From a virus: a stretch of DNA of 36,348 nucleotides. Where the stretch lies: positions 1-36,348 of the IMG/VR virus record IMGVR_UViG_3300009551_000036. One strand, 5' to 3'. Positions 31,490 through 36,348 of the stretch are shown here, one piece after another. The position numbers were made by a program, and so were the translations under genes. The first letter of the stretch is position 1; each line of letters starts with the position of its first letter. Below the pieces are notes generated by a model that did not search any database, had not been told where the DNA came from, and worked only from the letters and a program-made list of their open reading frames with translations.

Positions 31490-32051
31490 AGACTTGCTTT
31501 AAAATCTCATTTATCTGATCCACGTAAATTTGATTTGAATATTGACCGTTAATTTTTTGAAGACCTTTCGCGCCAGCGTTATACATCGAGAAAATGTCGT
31601 TTGGGTCATGGGATTTCTTCTTTAGGTGGTCAATCAGAATGCACATGTGTTTGACATTAAGTTCCGGTTGAACGAGTTCACTCATGAGTCCTAGGTGCCC
31701 TTGTTGCCTAGCGACTGCTCCCATGATTTGCCCTAATCCCCAGGAAATCTTCTGACTCTCAACCTCAGTAGGTAAAGTGATTCTCAACATCTTGGCGTAT
31801 TTCGAAGGCTCAACCAGGTAGTGATAAGCAGGCTCATACCGGATCTGATAAGGGTTCGATGAGGATTCTTTTTGAATAATGGCCAAAATCCAATAGGGAT
31901 TGACCTGATACTGAGCCGCAATCGGCAAAACGATAGACCTATAATCCTTCATACAGGCCTCCGGGATTAAGTGAAAATGGCTTATTTCATAAGGCGAGAC
32001 AATCTCAGGTCTGTGACAAAGTAATTCGTAAAGCAATAGATCCAAGATCAT
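31482..32051 (-). CDS. SLT-domain lytic transglycosylase (endolysin or virion-associated muralytic enzyme, 189 aa)
   Basis: ILAIIQKESSSNPYQIRYEP (catalytic Glu-Ser motif) ... WGLGQIMG ... YNAG. Last gene of the 32985->31482 cassette, converging on fcl with an 8-nt overlap. Confidence 0.75.
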   Translation of the reverse strand: MILDLLLYELLCHRPEIVSPYEISHFHLIPEACMKDYRSIVLPIAAQYQVNPYWILAIIQKESSSNPYQIRYEPAYHYLVEPSKYAKMLRITLPTEVESQKISWGLGQIMGAVARQQGHLGLMSELVQPELNVKHMCILIDHLKKKSHDPNDIFSMYNAGAKGLQKINGQYSNQIYVDQINEILKQVSK

Positions 32052-32088
32052 CTCGCCTCACTTCGTGTGGAGAGAAATATGAAATCGC

Positions 32089-32334
32089 TTACTTCTTATT
32101 GATTACCTTAGAGACCGCATCCGCAATCAGCTGCTCAACCAAAGCTTCTTCAGGCTGTAAAAAGCTTGGGATGTATTTCTCAAAAAGTGAGAAGACCTCT
32201 TGGACCAGCCCTTTCACCCAAACCGGATCAGGTGTGGCTGGAACTCCATTTTGATTCCCCAAAAGCTTTTCCGCCTCAGAAATCAAATAGGGCACGATGA
32301 CTGAGATCAGTCCTTCGACAACTGAAAGCGACAT
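32089..32334 (-). CDS. Hypothetical small protein (81 aa) in the lysis-like cassette
   Basis: ORF with a hydrophobic N-terminus SVVEGLISVIVPYLI. Confidence 0.4.
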   Translation of the reverse strand: MSLSVVEGLISVIVPYLISEAEKLLGNQNGVPATPDPVWVKGLVQEVFSLFEKYIPSFLQPEEALVEQLIADAVSKVINKK

Positions 32335-32382
32335 ATGAGCCTCCTTGTTATTAAATACTAATATTTAACGGAAGCTTTGGGA

Positions 32383-32640
32383 TTAATAATTAGCGTTTTG
32401 ATCAGGGGGGATATTGTCTCGATCTTTCGCAATCTTATTGCGGCGAGCCTTTAACGCTTCTTCTAAATTAGCGGCAGTGGGATCCTCACTATCCGAATGA
32501 GTCATCATGCCCATCAGACCCATAGCGCCAGGGCCGCCATGATTAAGCCCATTGTTCATGAGCTGGGATGACCCCTGGGGTTTTGAATTCCTGGGATGTA
32601 ATCCGGTCGTCTGAGATTTCGGGCCTCGTTGATCCACCAT
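32383..32640 (-). CDS. Hypothetical small protein (85 aa); its start lies inside the 3' end of the upstream membrane-protein ORF, in another frame
   Basis: ORF-track entry. Gly/Met/Asn-rich. 98-nt out-of-frame overlap with 32543..32761. Confidence 0.35.
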   Translation of the reverse strand: MVDQRGPKSQTTGLHPRNSKPQGSSQLMNNGLNHGGPGAMGLMGMMTHSDSEDPTAANLEEALKARRNKIAKDRDNIPPDQNANY

Positions 32641-32761
32641 TTCTTCTAGTTTGAATCCAATCGATCAAAAGCACAAGAGCAAGACCGAGTAATACCCAAT
32701 CCTCAATTACGTGCCAACCCATGAAAAACAGAACCTGCCAAGCTAGTTTATTGAAACTCAT
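32543..32761 (-). CDS. Two-helix membrane protein (72 aa), holin candidate
   Basis: Hydrophobic segments LAWQVLFFMGWHVI and WVLLGLALVLLIDWI, followed by a charged tail. Upstream of the SLT gene. Confidence 0.4.
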   Translation of the reverse strand: MSFNKLAWQVLFFMGWHVIEDWVLLGLALVLLIDWIQTRRNGGSTRPEISDDRITSQEFKTPGVIPAHEQWA

Positions 32762-32769
32762 AAATCACC

Positions 32770-32985
32770 TCAATACTTTCGCTTTCCAGTGACGGTGGTT
32801 AGGACTCCATGCTGAGGTGCACAGTTCTTACAGATGGGATACCACTGACGACGACCAAAGACGATCCGGTCAACTGACCAATCAGCTGGCCTTTTCTTCA
32901 AGCACATGCGGCACTGAAAAGGCTCGGTCATTCGACCTTTCGTGAACTTACTGAGCCTATCTGCTTGTCTTTGAATCGTAGCCAT
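32770..32985 (-). CDS. Zinc-ribbon small protein (71 aa)
   Basis: CRMC...(24 aa)...CKNC is a four-Cys arrangement. First gene after the promoter-like region. Confidence 0.45.
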   Translation of the reverse strand: MATIQRQADRLSKFTKGRMTEPFQCRMCLKKRPADWSVDRIVFGRRQWYPICKNCAPQHGVLTTVTGKRKY

Positions 32986-33005
32986 ATCCGTCCTTACCTA
33001 TCCTT

Positions 33006-33035
33006 AATATAACATAGTGCGTTACGATAAGTAAA
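33006..33035 (-). promoter_or_regulatory. Weak sigma70-type promoter candidate for the lysis-like cassette
   Basis: Minus-strand TTTACT (33035-33030), 18-nt spacer, TATATT (33011-33006), then AAGGA and the ATG at 32985. Confidence 0.3.
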
Positions 33036-33079
33036 GTGATATTACATATAAATTGTGTAATGATATTAGATGGTTGTTA

Positions 33080-33631
33080 TTAGTGCCCACCGAAAAGCTT
33101 CTTGTAAATCGCCAAACGGACCGCTTCGCCAACTAAGCCACCCACACCTTTTTCAGCGATTTTCTTGCCAAGCTCTTTGGCAGCAACGGATCCTGCTTTG
33201 TAGGCCGCAGTGCCTGCACCTAAAAGACCTATCCCTGCCCCTGCGAGCTGCCCACCATAATAGGGCCCTGGCATTTCCTTAGACTGCATTTCATGTCTTG
33301 CCGAGTTTCTAGCGATCGCTGTTGGAAAATCAACATAAGGCTGATCTTCAGGTTCATGGTACCCGCCTTCGATATGACCTGGAACCTGTTTTGCTGAATT
33401 CATGAAAGCTTGATGACCTGCCTCAAGGGCCGGCAAGAGACCGAATGTCGCCATATTTCCAAATCCCTCAACGCCAGCCTGAACTTTGTCGCCCAATGAA
33501 TGCTGATCTTCTGGCAAGGGATATTTCTTCATCAGGGCATCAGATGGCGATTGAGGCGCCGACGCAGTCGGTGCCGAAGGATTGGAGTTGGGAATCGGAT
33601 ACTTCGACATCAAATCATCAACTGAAGCCAT
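33080..33631 (-). CDS. Internal-virion/ejection-like protein (183 aa), Gly/Ala-rich with a hydrophobic C-terminal region
   Basis: Last of four consecutive low-complexity ORFs after the tail genes. C-terminal GGQLAGAGIGLLGAGTAAY is a membrane-active-like segment. Confidence 0.4.
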   Translation of the reverse strand: MASVDDLMSKYPIPNSNPSAPTASAPQSPSDALMKKYPLPEDQHSLGDKVQAGVEGFGNMATFGLLPALEAGHQAFMNSAKQVPGHIEGGYHEPEDQPYVDFPTAIARNSARHEMQSKEMPGPYYGGQLAGAGIGLLGAGTAAYKAGSVAAKELGKKIAEKGVGGLVGEAVRLAIYKKLFGGH

Positions 33632-33638
33632 AAAACCT

Positions 33639-34916
33639 CTATTTATAGATCTTTAAAACCTGTTTGAAGTGTTGAGCGGCCGGGCTATTTGGATTCTTCT
33701 TAATCTCAGATTCCATCATCATCCGATCTTTTGGATCAATGGATTGGGGAACCGTAGTCGCATTGCTAGTTTGATTTTGACGAACGGAGTTTCCAGCAGA
33801 CAGTAATCCTTTGGCTTTATCTGCGAGATTTCCGGCTCCAGCGACAATGGAATTGCCTATATCCTTAGCTGCGCCAAAGTGTTGGGGGAATACATCAGCT
33901 AAGAGCCCAGTGGTCGTCGGTGCCTGATAAGGCCCCAATTCTTTCAATTTCTCCTTGGCCAGCTTGCCGTATTTGTCGACCCCTTGCATTTGAATGTAGC
34001 TGGGGTTTTGCACTCCTCGAGTATTGGCAATACGACCTTCATCGGCCTGCAGGTTTTTGAAATTCTCATATTTGCCTGCATACATATTGGATGCAACACG
34101 CTGTAGATCTTTGATACTCGTTTCAGTCGGCTGACCGCTGCGGCCCATTTTAATCATATCCCCCCACCGTTGCATGATTTGGGGATTTTGTTCCATCTGT
34201 TCGATACTGGTAATACTTGCGGCCTGGCCGGGCATATCGAGTTTCACAAGAGAAAGCAGCGCAGCTTGATAGTTCTTCGGGCTAGGATCATCCGTCAGTC
34301 GCATCGCCTTGCCAAAGGCATCATTGGCATTGCCCATTTCTTGTTTGGTCGTTTTAAAAGATTCAGCGCCTTTATTGTATTGTTCCAATCCAGCATTTTT
34401 GACATCGGTTTGCTTCTTTTCCAGTTCCAGTTGATAAGCCGGATCATGTGCCATCATCTGTTCATGCATATAAATGGGCATGAAAGCATCTCTAGCCCTC
34501 TTTCCATAAGCATTTGGATTCGCTTTGAATTGCTCATAAGTGGGCATAGCAAGAGGATCGTTGGTCTGAGCTTGAACGGCCGGGGAGCCTCCGATTAATC
34601 CAGGACTAGATTGTCCACTAATATTTCGTTCAGGATATCCGCTCGAGGTCTGGGGTTGGGCTTGAGAAGTCTGAGCAGACTGAACTGGATCTTGGGGTAG
34701 CAATCCTGATCTTTGCATTTGCTGTCTGGCATATTCAGGAGTTGTCGATTCGGCAAGCCTGGCAAAAGCCTCCATGCTTTGAGCATTCGCCATTCTTTTC
34801 TTAATCGCCGTCTCTTGCATCATATTCTGCATTTGAAGCGCAGATTGGATGCCTTCTAAAAGTCCTGAGGAGATTCCTGCTCCAGTTGCTAGTCCCATGT
34901 CAGCCATAAAACTCAT
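33639..34916 (-). CDS. Internal-virion/ejection-like protein (425 aa), Gln/Ala/Met/Asn-rich
   Basis: Long low-complexity ORF in the same block. Confidence 0.4.
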   Translation of the reverse strand: MSFMADMGLATGAGISSGLLEGIQSALQMQNMMQETAIKKRMANAQSMEAFARLAESTTPEYARQQMQRSGLLPQDPVQSAQTSQAQPQTSSGYPERNISGQSSPGLIGGSPAVQAQTNDPLAMPTYEQFKANPNAYGKRARDAFMPIYMHEQMMAHDPAYQLELEKKQTDVKNAGLEQYNKGAESFKTTKQEMGNANDAFGKAMRLTDDPSPKNYQAALLSLVKLDMPGQAASITSIEQMEQNPQIMQRWGDMIKMGRSGQPTETSIKDLQRVASNMYAGKYENFKNLQADEGRIANTRGVQNPSYIQMQGVDKYGKLAKEKLKELGPYQAPTTTGLLADVFPQHFGAAKDIGNSIVAGAGNLADKAKGLLSAGNSVRQNQTSNATTVPQSIDPKDRMMMESEIKKNPNSPAAQHFKQVLKIYK

Positions 34917-34922
34917 CTCCCC

Positions 34923-35498
34923 TTAAGCGTAATTGGACATATCCATTTCTGTTCCGGAAAAATTATTACCTGCATAATTGCTCGTTACGGGCGAAGCGCC
35001 CATGGTTTCTATAGGCGACGGATTCGCAGCGGAAACAAGACCCTTTGCAGCCCATGCTCCACCAAATCCCACTCCTTGAAAGATATTATTCATCAACTGA
35101 GATTGAATCCCTGCTTGAGTGAGTGCTGCTTGGCGTTTAAATGCTGTTTGTTGATATTGCATTGCCATCCTGGATTGCTGATTCGTATACTCAGCTGCTT
35201 GATTATCAATGGCATTGCTTTGTAAGCCCATTTTCCTTTGCATGGCAGGGGCAATGGAGTTTCGGGTCATATTGGCCAACTGGCCTTGATACATCTGATT
35301 GGCTCTAGCATTTAAGGCCTGGGATTCTGGATTCTGATCATCCGAAGGACCCATGAGATTGGATTGTTCTTTGACTCCCTGATTGAGATCGTTCTGAAAT
35401 TCAGAAACATCTCGACCAGCGTAATCGTTCATTTTACTTACGCCAGTCAGATAATCCTGATTCGCTCCTGGTATTAATGTTGGCTTATAATCTTCCAT
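34923..35498 (-). CDS. Internal-virion-like protein (191 aa), Gln/Asn/Ala/Met-rich
   Basis: Composition and position. Confidence 0.4.
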   Translation of the reverse strand: MEDYKPTLIPGANQDYLTGVSKMNDYAGRDVSEFQNDLNQGVKEQSNLMGPSDDQNPESQALNARANQMYQGQLANMTRNSIAPAMQRKMGLQSNAIDNQAAEYTNQQSRMAMQYQQTAFKRQAALTQAGIQSQLMNNIFQGVGFGGAWAAKGLVSAANPSPIETMGASPVTSNYAGNNFSGTEMDMSNYA

Positions 35499-35508
35499 AA
35501 TTTTATCC

Positions 35509-36141
35509 TCAGAGTGCTAAGGCGACATCGGCTCCAATGCCCGCAATCCCTTTAATTAGATTTCCAAAGAAGCTTTGTTGTTGTTGTTGTTCTTGTAAGG
35601 CCTGGCCATAAGAGGTTTCCTGGGCCTGTTCTTGAAGTGCAGCGGTATTGATATTTTGGGTTTCGCCTGCTTGAATGGCTTTTGCAGTGAGTTGATCCAA
35701 TTGATCAGCCGTAGTATTGGCTGTCTGGTTAATGTTTTGAATGTTTTGGGCAAGCTTTCCGCTTTCCTGAGCCCTGGCATTGGCTTGATTTCCGGCGTTG
35801 ACCCCGGATTGAAGGAGTCCCCTCGCGTTGGCGTCTGATTTCGCTCCTTGAATATCATTCGCGAGATTCATGCGAGCTGATTCCTGAGCCGCATTAATTT
35901 GCGGGTTGGTATAGGTATTTAGATTATTCCTAAAATTATAAGCTGCGTTCCCTAGTCTTTCTGCGTTCACATTCCGTTGCAAGGTCGGGTCATTGATGTA
36001 ACCTTGCTCGGCCGTCATTGGTAAATCGACAGCAGCGATGCTCGCGTTCTGCCAGTCGCCGGTTCGACTTTGCATTTGGTTCAGCCTATTTTGATGATAA
36101 GCTAAGGTGTCTTCATAAGCTGTCGAATAATTAAATGCCAT
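35509..36141 (-). CDS. Internal-virion-like protein (210 aa), Gln/Asn/Ala-rich
   Basis: RBS GAGGAGGG upstream of the ATG at 36141. Composition and position. Confidence 0.4.
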   Translation of the reverse strand: MAFNYSTAYEDTLAYHQNRLNQMQSRTGDWQNASIAAVDLPMTAEQGYINDPTLQRNVNAERLGNAAYNFRNNLNTYTNPQINAAQESARMNLANDIQGAKSDANARGLLQSGVNAGNQANARAQESGKLAQNIQNINQTANTTADQLDQLTAKAIQAGETQNINTAALQEQAQETSYGQALQEQQQQQSFFGNLIKGIAGIGADVALAL

Positions 36142-36155
36142 AGCTTAAGCCCTCC

Positions 36156-36348
36156 TCAAAAAACCAAAACACTGGCTGATGTCGCCACAGTCGATTGCAG
36201 ATAAATGGTATTGACGGTATTCGCCTGTGTCCCGTTATAAATATTCGTTGCTGCTGCTGCTCCCACTAATATATATCCACTCGGGATTTTATTCAAAGTG
36301 TGTGGGAATCCTTGATTGGCATTGGCTGCGTGAAATTGTGCTGAAACA
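36156..36348 (-). CDS. 3' part of the junction-spanning 112-codon ORF (same gene as 1..269)
   Basis: Same frame after removing the 123-nt overlap (36225 is divisible by 3). TGA at 36158-36156 lies just upstream of the RBS (GAGGAGGG) and ATG of the 210-aa gene. Confidence 0.7.
   Translation of the reverse strand, partial: VSAQFHAANANQGFPHTLNKIPSGYILVGAAAATNIYNGTQANTVNTIYLQSTVATSASVLVF
36226..36348. repeat. Terminal direct repeat, right copy (identical to 1..123)
   Basis: Exact 123-nt identity with the window start. Unit length is 36225 bp. Confidence 0.9.

Noticed and set aside
1-36348. Stop-codon reassignment as an explanation for the fragmented capsid and terminase ORFs
   Set aside because: All other genes are long, uninterrupted ORFs using TAA, TAG and TGA as terminators. 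The fragments are in different frames, which recoding would not repair.

Overview
The window is a complete, circularly closed dsDNA tailed-phage genome. Bases 1-123 repeat exactly at 36226-36348, giving a 36,225 bp unit, and an intact 112-codon ORF runs across that junction. No tape-measure, sheath or tube gene is visible, so it looks short-tailed (podovirus-like). No integrase, tRNA or CRISPR was seen.

Most genes lie on the minus strand. In transcription order they are:
- Early/replication module (27355->24995): Erf recombinase and a winged-helix initiator with internal iterons.
- TerS-like gene, then a cluster of envelope-targeted accessory genes: secreted protein, OMP-like barrel, lipoprotein.
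- Packaging/head module: TerL, portal, scaffold, major capsid protein.
- Fibre/tail genes, including a large GT2-TPR-GT4 glycosyltransferase.
- Q/N-rich internal-virion-like proteins, and a lysis-like cassette ending in an SLT transglycosylase.

One plus-strand operon (27447-31489) encodes an RHH regulator, a GT2, two small proteins, two Gly-Tyr-Asp repeat proteins, a GT10 fucosyltransferase and GDP-L-fucose synthase.

The most unusual signal is how heavily the packaging/head genes are interrupted:
1. The major capsid gene is in at least four coding pieces, separated by three ORF-less group I-like introns. Two are paralogous (235 and 238 nt). The third (222 nt) has a canonical GACUA/UAGUC P7 and GNRA tetraloops.
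2. The capsid gene also has an unexplained 44-nt frame-breaking gap flanked by identical CGT codons.
3. The portal carries a 125-aa mini-intein.
4. The large terminase is split into an ATPase ORF and a nuclease ORF 2.4 kb apart. The gap holds seven or eight other ORFs and its own promoter.

All calls are from reading the sequence and from recalled family motifs. No database search was run.
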